Program-made: the position numbers and the translations under genes | Origin: Burkholderiales bacterium | GTDB taxonomy: Bacteria; Pseudomonadota; Gammaproteobacteria; Burkholderiales; JACQAP01 | Direction: 5' to 3' | Assembly: GCA_035549715.1 (NCBI GenBank) | Contig: DASZQJ010000160.1 | Span: 22,688-86,687, forward strand | DNA: 64,000 nt | The notes under the pieces: model-generated | Database searches by the model: none | Seen by the model: the letters and a program-made list of their open reading frames with translations, nothing else | What the model was told of the DNA's origin: nothing | Part shown: positions 29,168 to 37,533 of the stretch, piece by piece | How the letters are laid out: the number at the start of each line of letters is the position of its first letter | Numbering within the stretch: the stretch's first letter is position 1

Positions 29168-29491
29168 ATGAACCTGCAAGTTTCCGGACACCACCTCGAG
29201 ATCACCCCGGCCCTGCATGCCTACATCACCGAGAAGCTGTCCCGGGTCACCCGGCACTTCGACCACGTCATCGACGTGGGCGTGATCCTGTCCGTGAACA
29301 AGCTCGACCAGAAGGTGGAGGCGAAGCTGCACGTGCGCGGCAAGGACATCTATGCCGAGTGCATCGACGAGAACATGTATGCGGCGATCGACGCCCTGGC
29401 CGACAAGCTCGACCGGGCGGTGATCAAGCACAAGGAAAAGACCGTCGACCACCACCCCTCCGAAGCGGCCCGCAACCGTCCGCTTTCCTGA
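29168..29491 (+). CDS. hpf: Ribosome hibernation promoting factor (short HPF/YhbH)
   Basis: MNLQVSGHHLEITPALHAYITEKLSRVTRHFD. 107 aa. Position after rpoN. Confidence 0.9.
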   Translation: MNLQVSGHHLEITPALHAYITEKLSRVTRHFDHVIDVGVILSVNKLDQKVEAKLHVRGKDIYAECIDENMYAAIDALADKLDRAVIKHKEKTVDHHPSEAARNRPLS

Positions 29492-29513
29492 AACCCGCGC
29501 TACACTGTTCGCC

Positions 29514-29999
29514 ATGAGTCTGCTTGCGCGGCTCCTGCCGGTTTCCAACGTCATCCTCGACCTGGACGTCTCCAGCAAGAAGCGCGTCTTCGAGCACGTG
29601 GGCCTGCTGTTCGAGAACGCCCTGAAGGTCGGCCGGGGCACGGTGTTCGACGCCCTGTTCGCGCGCGAGCGCCTGGGCTCCACCGGCCTGGGCCACGGCA
29701 TCGCCATCCCGCACGGCCGCATCAAGGGCCTGCGGGAGGCGGCCGGCGCCTTCGTCCGTACCCGGACGCCCATCCCCTTCGAGGCGCCGGACGGCAATCC
29801 GGTACAACTGATCTTCGTGTTGCTCGTCCCGGAAAAGGCCACCGACCTGCACCTGCAGATCCTCTCCGAGCTCGCCCAGCTGTTCAGCGACCGCGAGATG
29901 CGCGCCCGCCTGGCGACCCTGGCGGACGCGGCCGAAGTCCAGAAGCTCATCACCGAGTGGGAGCCCCATGCCCCAGACCAGCGTCGCGCAGCTGTTTGA
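29514..29999 (+). CDS. ptsN: PTS-Ntr EIIA protein PtsN
   Basis: RERLGSTGLGHGIAIPHGR with the phosphorylatable His. Position rpoN-hpf-ptsN. Confidence 0.9.
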   Translation: MSLLARLLPVSNVILDLDVSSKKRVFEHVGLLFENALKVGRGTVFDALFARERLGSTGLGHGIAIPHGRIKGLREAAGAFVRTRTPIPFEAPDGNPVQLIFVLLVPEKATDLHLQILSELAQLFSDREMRARLATLADAAEVQKLITEWEPHAPDQRRAAV

Positions 30000-30909
30000 C
30001 GACAACGCCGATGCCCTGAAGCTCACCTGGCTCTCCGGGCCGCGCGACCCCTCCCCCCGCCTCGACAGCACCGAAATCAACCAGGCCTCGCAGGGCCTGA
30101 TCGGGCACCTGAACCTGCTCCATCCCAACTGGATCCAGATCTTCAGCCGCACCGAGGCCGCCTACTTCGCCTCCCTGGGCGAGGGCGCGCAGCGCGAGGC
30201 GCTGTCCCGGCTCGCCGACAGCGGGCTCGTCTGCATCATCCTGTCCGACGGGGAAACCGCCCCGCCCACGCTCGCCGAATTCGCCGCCTCCCGCAACGTG
30301 CCGATGCTCGCCTCCGACCTGCACAGCCTGCAGATCATCTGGGTGGTGCGCACCTATCTTGGCCGCACCCTGGCCGAGTTCGTGACCCGCCACGGCGTGT
30401 TCCTCGACGTGCTGGGGATGGGCGTGCTGATCACCGGCGAGAGCGGGGTGGGCAAGAGCGAACTCGCGCTGGAGCTGATCTCGCGCGGCAGCGGCCTGGT
30501 GGCCGACGACGTCGTGGAGCTCTACCACATCGCCCCGGAAACCCTCGAGGGCCGCAGCCCGGAACTGCTGAAGGACTTCCTGGAGGTGCGCGGCCTGGGC
30601 ATGCTCAACATCCGCACCATCTTCGGCGAGACGGCGGTACGGACCAAGAAGAACCTCAAGCTCATCGTGCAGCTGGAGAAGCCGGTGGGCGGCGTGGTGC
30701 CGGGCCTGGAGCGCCTGCCGCTCAACGCGAGCTCCGAGGAGATCATGGGCATCAGCATCCGCAAGGTGGTGCTGCCGGTGGCCGCCGGGCGCAACCTCGC
30801 GGTGCTCGCGGAGGCCGCCGTGCGCAATTACGTGCTGCAGTTGCGCGGCATCGACAGCACCCAGGAATTCATCCAGCGCCAGGAAAGGCAGTTGAGCCGG
30901 CGCGGCTGA
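29968..30909 (+). CDS. hprK: HPr kinase/phosphorylase
   Basis: [24 protein letters not shown]-loop and [11 protein letters not shown] signature. Confidence 0.9.
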   Translation: MPQTSVAQLFDDNADALKLTWLSGPRDPSPRLDSTEINQASQGLIGHLNLLHPNWIQIFSRTEAAYFASLGEGAQREALSRLADSGLVCIILSDGETAPPTLAEFAASRNVPMLASDLHSLQIIWVVRTYLGRTLAEFVTRHGVFLDVLGMGVLITGESGVGKSELALELISRGSGLVADDVVELYHIAPETLEGRSPELLKDFLEVRGLGMLNIRTIFGETAVRTKKNLKLIVQLEKPVGGVVPGLERLPLNASSEEIMGISIRKVVLPVAAGRNLAVLAEAAVRNYVLQLRGIDSTQEFIQRQERQLSRRG

Positions 30910-30914
30910 TCCCC

Positions 30915-31757
30915 ATGCAGCTCATCGTCATCAGCGGACTGTCCGGCTCAGGCAAGAGCATCGCGCTCAACGTGCTCGAGGACAGCGGCTACTACTGCGT
31001 CGACAACCTGCCCGCCCACCTGCTGGCGAGCCTCACGCAGTCGCTGGCGAAGGAAGGCTACGAGCGCGTGGCCGTGAGCATCGACGTGCGCAGCGGCGGC
31101 TCGCTCTCCGAGCTGCCCGGCATCCTCGCGCAGTTGCGCAAGGACGGGGTCGAGGTGCACATCGGCTTCCTGGACGCCAAGACCGACACCCTGGTCAAGC
31201 GCTATTCGGAAACCCGCCGCCGCCACCCGCTGGCGGACGAGCGCCGCACGCTCACCGAATCCATCGAGCACGAGCGCGAGTTGCTCGCTGACCTCGCCGC
31301 CCTCGGCCACCATGTGGACACCAGCGACCTCAGCCCGAACACGCTGCGCCAGTGGGTGAAGGACCTGCTGGAGCTCGGCGGCGCGGGGCTCACGCTGCTG
31401 TTCCAGTCCTTCGGTTTCAAGCACGGCATCCCGCTGGATGCCGACATGGTGTTCGACGTGCGCTGCCTGCCCAACCCCCACTACGACCCGGTGCTGCGCC
31501 CGATGACCGGCCGCGACGCGCCGGTGGTCGATTTCCTGCGCGCCGACGCCAATGTGCAGGGAATGCTCGGCGACATCCGCGAGTACGTGGACAAGTGGCT
31601 GCCCTGCTTCGTGCGCGACAACCGCAGCTACCTCACCGTGGCCATCGGCTGCACGGGGGGACGGCACCGCTCCGTGTATTTCGTCGAGCAGCTCGCCGCG
31701 CATTTCCGTGGCGGCGGCAACCGCGTGCTGGTCCGCCACCGGGAGCTCTCGGCGTGA
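30915..31757 (+). CDS. rapZ: RNase adapter protein RapZ (YhbJ)
   Basis: [33 protein letters not shown] and C-terminal [10 protein letters not shown]. Confidence 0.95.
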   Translation: MQLIVISGLSGSGKSIALNVLEDSGYYCVDNLPAHLLASLTQSLAKEGYERVAVSIDVRSGGSLSELPGILAQLRKDGVEVHIGFLDAKTDTLVKRYSETRRRHPLADERRTLTESIEHERELLADLAALGHHVDTSDLSPNTLRQWVKDLLELGGAGLTLLFQSFGFKHGIPLDADMVFDVRCLPNPHYDPVLRPMTGRDAPVVDFLRADANVQGMLGDIREYVDKWLPCFVRDNRSYLTVAIGCTGGRHRSVYFVEQLAAHFRGGGNRVLVRHRELSA

Positions 31758-32272
31758 GGATCGTCCTGCTGCTCGCCGTCCTGCTCGCCGCGCCGGCGCT
31801 GGCCGACGAGGACTGGGCCGAAGTCGTGACGACGCCCGAAGGCGACACCCACTTCTACGACCATGAGCGCCTGTTCCTCGACGGCGACGCCGTGACCTAC
31901 TGGCGCAAGGTGGAGTTCCGCAGGCCCCTGCCGGTGCGCTCGGCGCTGGCGAGCATGGGCCTGTACCGCGAGCAGATCGACTGCGGCGCGCGCGAGCTGC
32001 GCACACTCGGCTATCTTTACTACTCGGCGGACGGGGCGCGGATCGAGGACGTGTACTCGCCCGATGCGCCGCCCGTCCCGATCGCGGAGGGCTCGCCGGC
32101 ACGCCACCTCGAGACCCTGCTGTGCCCGCTGGTGGCGCCAGCGCCCGGCCAGGCGCTGGACGAGGGCGACGAGCTGCAGCGCCTGCGCCGCGAAGTCGAG
32201 GCGCTGCAGTCCAACATCCGCAAGCTGCGCGAAGGCCTCGGCTCGCCGACGGCAGCCGAAGCCGCCCGATGA
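31754..32272 (+). CDS. Secreted hypothetical protein, adhesin-E-like N-domain plus C-terminal coiled coil
   Basis: Tail of ORF 31352..32272 from GTG 31754: [25 protein letters not shown]...[24 protein letters not shown]...[21 protein letters not shown]-terminus [22 protein letters not shown]. Confidence 0.5.
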   Translation: MRIVLLLAVLLAAPALADEDWAEVVTTPEGDTHFYDHERLFLDGDAVTYWRKVEFRRPLPVRSALASMGLYREQIDCGARELRTLGYLYYSADGARIEDVYSPDAPPVPIAEGSPARHLETLLCPLVAPAPGQALDEGDELQRLRREVEALQSNIRKLREGLGSPTAAEAAR

Positions 32273-32889
32273 GCCCTCGCCGCGTCACCCTGGCCTTCAC
32301 CGGCGCATCCGGCATGCCCTACGGCGTGCGACTGCTCGAATGCCTGCTGCACGCCGACGTGCACGTGTACCTGCTGTATTCGCAGGCCGCTCAGATCGTC
32401 GCCCGCCAGGAGATGGACCTCGCCCTGCCCTCGCGCCCGGCGGAGGCAGCGGCGTACTTTTCGGAGCGTTTCCAGGCACGGGCGGGCCAGTTGCAGGCCT
32501 TCGGCCGCGAGGAATGGTTCGCGCCCGTGGCCTCCGGCTCGAACCCGGCCGATGCGATGGCGGTCTGCCCCTGCACCATGGGCACGCTGGCGGCCATCGC
32601 CGCCGGACTCTCGGACAATCTCATCCACCGCGCCGCCGACGTGATGCTCAAGGAGTCGCGAAAACTCGTGCTGGTGGCGCGCGAGACGCCGCTCTCGGCA
32701 ATCCACCTCGAGAACATGCTGAAGCTGTCGCGCGCGGGCGCCGTGATCCTGCCCGCCAACCCCGGCTTCTACCACCACCCGAAGAGCACCGGCGACCTGG
32801 TCGACTTCGTCGTCGCCCGCGTGCTCGACCACCTGGGCGTCGAACACACGTTGATGCCGCGCTGGGGCGCGCAAGGCGAAGCGGAATAG
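32269..32889 (+). CDS. ubiX: Flavin prenyltransferase UbiX
   Basis: Tail of ORF 32122..32889 from ATG 32269: RVTLAFTGASGMPYGVRLLE..., PCTMGTLAAIAAGLSDNLIHRAADVMLKE. Confidence 0.9.
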   Translation: MSPRRVTLAFTGASGMPYGVRLLECLLHADVHVYLLYSQAAQIVARQEMDLALPSRPAEAAAYFSERFQARAGQLQAFGREEWFAPVASGSNPADAMAVCPCTMGTLAAIAAGLSDNLIHRAADVMLKESRKLVLVARETPLSAIHLENMLKLSRAGAVILPANPGFYHHPKSTGDLVDFVVARVLDHLGVEHTLMPRWGAQGEAE

Positions 32890-32894
32890 CCGCC

Positions 32895-33473
32895 TTGGCG
32901 CTCGAACTGCCGATTTTCCCGCTCAACACCGTGCTCTACCCGGGCGGCCTGCTGCCGCTCAAGATTTTCGAGCAGCGCTACCTCGCGATGACCAAGGCCT
33001 GCCTGCGCGACAACAGCGCGTTTGGCGTCTGCCGCATCCGCGAGGGCATGGAGGTGGGCAGCCCCGCCGTGCCCGACCTCGTGGGCTGCACGGCGACCAT
33101 CGCGGAATGGGACATGCCCCACCTCGGCCTGTTCCACCTGCGCGCCCGCGGCGGCCAGGCCTTCCGCATCATCGACAGCAGCGCCCAGTCCGACGGCCTC
33201 ATCCGCGCTCGCGTCGAGCTCCTCGACGACGTGCCCGGCACCGTGGCCGCGGACGCCATGTCCCTCTGCCGGCAGGTGCTGGAGCAGATCATCCCGAAGC
33301 TGGGGGCGGACAACTTTTTCGCGCCGCTGGCGTACGACAACCCGCGTTGGGTCAGCTACCGGCTCGCCGAGGTCCTGCCGCTGGCGATGGAAGACAAGCA
33401 GGCGCTGCTGGAGGCGCGGGACGACGGGGAACGGGTGGGGCGATTGCGGGCTTTCTTGAGGAAGGTCGGCTAG
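32895..33473 (+). CDS. LON peptidase N-terminal (substrate-binding) domain protein
   Basis: Tail of ORF 32064..33473. LPIFPLNTVLYPGGLLPLKIFEQRYLAM is the LON-N signature. No in-frame ATG, so in-frame TTG at 32895 is proposed. Confidence 0.7.
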   Translation: MALELPIFPLNTVLYPGGLLPLKIFEQRYLAMTKACLRDNSAFGVCRIREGMEVGSPAVPDLVGCTATIAEWDMPHLGLFHLRARGGQAFRIIDSSAQSDGLIRARVELLDDVPGTVAADAMSLCRQVLEQIIPKLGADNFFAPLAYDNPRWVSYRLAEVLPLAMEDKQALLEARDDGERVGRLRAFLRKVG

Positions 33474-33486
33474 GCAACGCCGATAT

Positions 33487-33632
33487 CACCACAGAGGCAC
33501 AGAGGACACAGGGAAAGCAGGAAAAACTCGGCTTGACGATTGCAGGCGTTGGCCCGGAACGTAACGGCATGCCCCTCGTATCCCTACACTCCTGATCCGC
33601 CTTTCCTCTGTGTCCTCTGTGCCTCTGTGGTG
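33487..33632. repeat. Inverted repeat built from CACAGAGG-type short tandem units, locus B
   Basis: caccacagaggcacagaggacacag (33487-33511) is the perfect reverse complement of ctgtgtcctctgtgcctctgtggtg (33608-33632), 25/25. It extends by GGAAAG/CTTTCC with a 1-nt bulge. About 85-96 nt central region. Confidence 0.9.
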
Positions 33633-34705
33633 CGTATTGTCGTAGATACGCTGGCGTCCGGCGCGAGGCCGCGCAGGATGCCCCGCACCGGCGCCGGCAG
33701 CGCGGCGTCGAGCGTTTCTTCCAGGTTCAGCCACATGGCGCCGGGCGCCTGGGCCCGGGGCTCCACGCGCTGGACGCGAAGCACGGCGGGCCGGATGGTG
33801 AGGCCGAAGTGCGTGAAGCCGTGGCGCACGTCGGGCAGCATCGCCTCGATTGTTGCCTCGACGCCGAAGCGTTCCCGGGCAATGGCTTGCGCCTGCGTCG
33901 CATCCGCCACTTCAGGAAAGCTCCACAGGCCGCCCCAGATGCCGGGCGAAGGCCGCTTTTCCAGCAGTACTTCCCCGCCCCGGCGCAGGATCAGCATCAC
34001 GGTGGATTTCTCCGGCAACGCTTTTCGCGGCCGCGGCGAGGGCAGTTCCTCCGTTCGTCCCTGCGCGTAGGCGACGCAATCGCCCCGCAACGGGCAGGCC
34101 TCGCAGCGCGGGCGCCCGCGCGTGCAGACGGTGGCGCCGAGGTCCATCAAGCCCTGCGTGTAGGCCTCGACGTCCTCCGCCGGCAGCAGGGCCTCGGCGC
34201 GCAGCCAGAGCTGCTTCTCGACGGACGGCGTGCCCGGGAAGCCTTCGATGCCGAAATAGCGCGCGAGCACGCGCTTGACGTTGCCATCGAGGATGGCGTG
34301 GCGCGCGCCGAAGGCGAACACCGCGATGGCGCCCGCCGTCGAACGGCCGATGCCCGGCAGGTCGACGATCGCGTCGAAGTCCTCGGGGAAGCGGCCGCCG
34401 TGCTCGGCGGCCATGCGTTGCGCGGCCGCGTGCAGGTTGCGCGCCCGCGCGTAATAGCCGAGCCCGCTCCAGAGAGAGAGCACGTCGTCCTCGGCCGCGC
34501 GGGCGAGGCTGGCGATGTCGGGAAAGCGCCCGGTGAAGCGCAGGTAGTAGGGAATCACAGCGGAGACCTGCGTCTGCTGCAGCATGATCTCGGAGAGCCA
34601 GACGCGATAGGGATCGCGCACCTGCCAGGGCAGGTCGTGGCGGCCGGCCTGGCGCTGCCACGCGACCACGCGCGCGGCGAACGTGCTGTCCGGCGCGCCG
34701 TCCAT
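33584..34705 (-). CDS. mutY: A/G-specific adenine DNA glycosylase MutY
   Basis: HhH-GPD (LPGIGRSTAGAI), 4Fe-4S cluster Cys (CTRGRPRCEACPLRGDC), NUDIX-like C-domain. The last ~16 codons are encoded by repeat locus B. Confidence 0.9.
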   Translation of the reverse strand: MDGAPDSTFAARVVAWQRQAGRHDLPWQVRDPYRVWLSEIMLQQTQVSAVIPYYLRFTGRFPDIASLARAAEDDVLSLWSGLGYYARARNLHAAAQRMAAEHGGRFPEDFDAIVDLPGIGRSTAGAIAVFAFGARHAILDGNVKRVLARYFGIEGFPGTPSVEKQLWLRAEALLPAEDVEAYTQGLMDLGATVCTRGRPRCEACPLRGDCVAYAQGRTEELPSPRPRKALPEKSTVMLILRRGGEVLLEKRPSPGIWGGLWSFPEVADATQAQAIARERFGVEATIEAMLPDVRHGFTHFGLTIRPAVLRVQRVEPRAQAPGAMWLNLEETLDAALPAPVRGILRGLAPDASVSTTIRTTEAQRTQRKGGSGV

Positions 34706-37260
34706 CAGAACAGCTTCTTGAGCTTTTCCTTGAGCTTGTCTTCGGGCTTCTGCGCCGGCTTGGCGCCGTCGGCCGGCGCCCCCTTGTCCTTCTCGTCGCG
34801 GAGCAGCTCGGAGCGCAGCTTGTCCTCGACCTTGCCCTTGAGCGATTCCTTCTGCTGCTCGAGCTTCTGCTTCATGGAGTCCGACAGGGCGGAGCCGAAC
34901 TCGATCTTGTACTTGAGCGCGGTGAACGGCCCGCTGGCCCGCACCGGCAGCGTCAGCCCGGCAAGGTCGGTAATGTCCTTGCCGCCCTGGCCACCGCTGC
35001 TTGCCACCACCGAGGCCTTCGCGAGGTAGTTGAGGCTGCTGTCGGGAATGTTGATGTCGCCTTCGCCCGCCAGCCGCAGGAACGGCGACTTCATCGACAG
35101 GTCGCCGTTGTGGGCGATGCCGTTCCTGATGTCGAAGCTCGCGGTCAGCTCGGAGAAGTCCGTCTTCTCCCCGGCGCTGGCGCCCTGCTCGGACTCCTTC
35201 TTGCCCGCGCCGAACATCGACTTCACGTTGCGCAGCGACTGCGCCAGGTTGATCCCCTTGATCGCGCCATCCTTGAGCGCCAGGCTGGCCTTGCCGTTGA
35301 GGGTCTTTTTCATCGCGGAGACCAGGTTGCCGGTGGTCGTCACGTCGAGCGCGATATTGCCGCGGCCTTCGAGCATGTCCACCCCGGCCGCGTCCTTGAG
35401 CAGCGGCCCGACCTGCACCCCGGCGAGGTCCTGCTTCACCGCGATCTGGTTGGTGTTGGCGTTGACGCTGGCCGACCCCTTGACCGTGCCCTGGTAGAGA
35501 TTGGCGGACAGCGGGTTCACGTCGAGCCGGCCGTCGCGCAGCTTCAGGTCCACGCGCACGTTCTGCGCCTTGACGTTGGAGGCGACGAGGTCGCCGATGC
35601 GCACGCTGCCCGCGACGTCGGGTCCCTTCAGCGGCGAGAAGTCGATGGGCTGCTCCGGCCCCGGCCTGGCCTCCGGCTTCGCCGCCTCATCCTTTTTCTT
35701 CGGCGGCAGGTACTTGTCGACGTTGAGCTTGTCGATGGCCACGTCGAAGGTGGAGCGCAGCGGCGCGAAGCTGGCCGCGGCGAACTTCGCCTTGATGTTG
35801 CTCTCGTCGAGCTTCATGGCGAGGTCGGCGCTGGCGGACTTTTTCTTCAGGTCCGCCATGGCCGACAGGGTGAGCGGCACCTTGAGCTTTTTCATCGGCA
35901 GCTGCGGCGAGGCGACGTCGAACTCGCCGGCAAGCTTCGGCACCTGGAACACCTGGGTCTCGAGGTTGGCGGCCACCGGCGTGGTCAGCGCACCCTTCAC
36001 CGCGTTCTCGCCCTGCTTCGCATCGACGTTGAGCGCGAGCTGGCCGATGCGCACCGCCTTGCCGCTGCCCTGCACCCCGGAAAGCTTGAGGGTGATGTCG
36101 GCGTTGAGCTGCGGGCCCTGCGCCTTGACGGCGAGGATCACGTCCTGGCCCTCCGCCTTCTGCGGCGTGATGCTGAGCCTGGGCGCGTCGAGCTTCACGT
36201 CGAAGCTGTCGGCCTCGCGCTTGCCCTTCGCCGTCAACGCCACGCCGTCGACCAGTACGTTCTGCTTGTCGAGGTCGATGTTCAGCTGCGGCACCTTCAG
36301 GTTGCCCTCGGAGAGCGCCACCCCGGCGACCACCCCGCCCAGCGTGGCCGTGAAATCCTTCACCGACAGGGCGCTGCCCGCCATTTCGATGGCGGGCGAA
36401 CCGGCCTTGAGCTTGAAGCTGTCCTTGCCCATGTTGCCGCTGGCGTCGAGCTTCAGGCCGGAGACCTTGATGTGCTGCTGCGCCGTGCGCGCCTCGATGT
36501 CCGCCTGCAGTTCCGAGGCAAGCCCGGTCACCGTCGCCGCGTCCCCGCCCAGCTTCACGCTCAGGCCGGCCAGCGTGAAGACCTGCTTTTCCGTATCGGC
36601 GGTCAGCGTGCCGGTTGCCTGCAGCTTTGCGTCCACCCTGGGCTGGTTGGCGCGAATGAGCGCCGACAGGTCGAACTTCGTGGGCACGCCGGGGGCGATG
36701 CGCCCGGTCTTCACGTTGAACTCGGAGATGGCGTACGTCGCGCCGGTGGCCTCGTCGGCGTAGGTGACCGCGGCCCTGGCGATGTTGATGCCGTCCACTT
36801 CCAGCTTGATGGCCGAGGTACCCGGCTTAGGCGCCGCCGGCTTGGCCTCCGGCGCCTTCTGGCCGCCGGCCATCAGGTCGTCCAGGTTGGTTTTGCCGTC
36901 CTTGTGCTTCACGAGGTGGGCCTGCAGGCCCACCAGCGTGATCTTGTCGACCACCACCTGCTTCGACAGCAGCGGGATCAGCTCCAGGGACACCTTCATG
37001 TCCTCCAGGCCCGCGAAATCCTTCTCGCCCTTGAATTCCGACAGCCGGGTCTTGCCCAGGTGCACGCCGATCTTGGGGAACAGCATGAGGCGGATGTCGC
37101 CCTCGATGGTCAGCTTGCGCTGGGTCTTCTCGTACACCAGCTCGGCGACCTGGCTCTTGTACTGGTTCGGGTCGAAGGTGGCGGCGATGAAGGCCAGCGC
37201 GCCTGCGAACAGCAGGATGACGGCACCGACGGCGATGAGGACCCACTTGAGGATTTTCAT
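34705..37260 (-). CDS. asmA: AsmA family outer-membrane biogenesis protein
   Basis: 851 aa. N-terminal anchor MKILKWVLIAVGAVILLFAGALAFIAATFDPNQYK. Long beta-rich repeats. C-terminal basic tail. Confidence 0.8.
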   Translation of the reverse strand: MKILKWVLIAVGAVILLFAGALAFIAATFDPNQYKSQVAELVYEKTQRKLTIEGDIRLMLFPKIGVHLGKTRLSEFKGEKDFAGLEDMKVSLELIPLLSKQVVVDKITLVGLQAHLVKHKDGKTNLDDLMAGGQKAPEAKPAAPKPGTSAIKLEVDGINIARAAVTYADEATGATYAISEFNVKTGRIAPGVPTKFDLSALIRANQPRVDAKLQATGTLTADTEKQVFTLAGLSVKLGGDAATVTGLASELQADIEARTAQQHIKVSGLKLDASGNMGKDSFKLKAGSPAIEMAGSALSVKDFTATLGGVVAGVALSEGNLKVPQLNIDLDKQNVLVDGVALTAKGKREADSFDVKLDAPRLSITPQKAEGQDVILAVKAQGPQLNADITLKLSGVQGSGKAVRIGQLALNVDAKQGENAVKGALTTPVAANLETQVFQVPKLAGEFDVASPQLPMKKLKVPLTLSAMADLKKKSASADLAMKLDESNIKAKFAAASFAPLRSTFDVAIDKLNVDKYLPPKKKDEAAKPEARPGPEQPIDFSPLKGPDVAGSVRIGDLVASNVKAQNVRVDLKLRDGRLDVNPLSANLYQGTVKGSASVNANTNQIAVKQDLAGVQVGPLLKDAAGVDMLEGRGNIALDVTTTGNLVSAMKKTLNGKASLALKDGAIKGINLAQSLRNVKSMFGAGKKESEQGASAGEKTDFSELTASFDIRNGIAHNGDLSMKSPFLRLAGEGDINIPDSSLNYLAKASVVASSGGQGGKDITDLAGLTLPVRASGPFTALKYKIEFGSALSDSMKQKLEQQKESLKGKVEDKLRSELLRDEKDKGAPADGAKPAQKPEDKLKEKLKKLF

Positions 37261-37290
37261 TGGCTTCGGCTCATGGACGACAACGGGAGT

Positions 37291-37365
37291 TGGAGCGGGT
37301 GAAGGGGATCGAACCCTCGTCTAAAGCTTGGGAAGCTTTCGTTCTGCCATTGAACTACACCCGCG
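37291..37365 (-). tRNA. tRNA-Gly (anticodon CCC)
   Basis: Reverse complement GCGGGTGTAGTTCAATGGCAGAACGAAAGCTTCCCAAGCTTTAGACGAGGGTTCGATCCCCTTCACCCGCTCCA. Cloverleaf with T-loop GGTTCGATCC, anticodon loop CTTCCCAAG, encoded CCA. Confidence 0.9.
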
Positions 37366-37448
37366 TGAGCAGGATTCTACACGGTGGACTGCAAGGAGTG
37401 CGGGTGAAGGGGTTGTGCCCGGCTCGCGTTGCATCCGCGATCCGGTCA

Positions 37449-37481
37449 TCCCTCGACGTCACGTCAAGTGACCTCGAGGGA
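37449..37481. repeat. Imperfect palindrome / stem-loop downstream of the GGDEF-EAL gene
   Basis: tccctcgacgtcac-gtcaa-gtgacctcgaggga, 13 of 14 positions complementary, no U-tract on either strand. Confidence 0.5.
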
Positions 37482-37533
37482 CCGCCATGGCGCCTGGGCG
37501 CCTGGTGCCCGGGGCCGCCGGGGCCGGCGGCCC

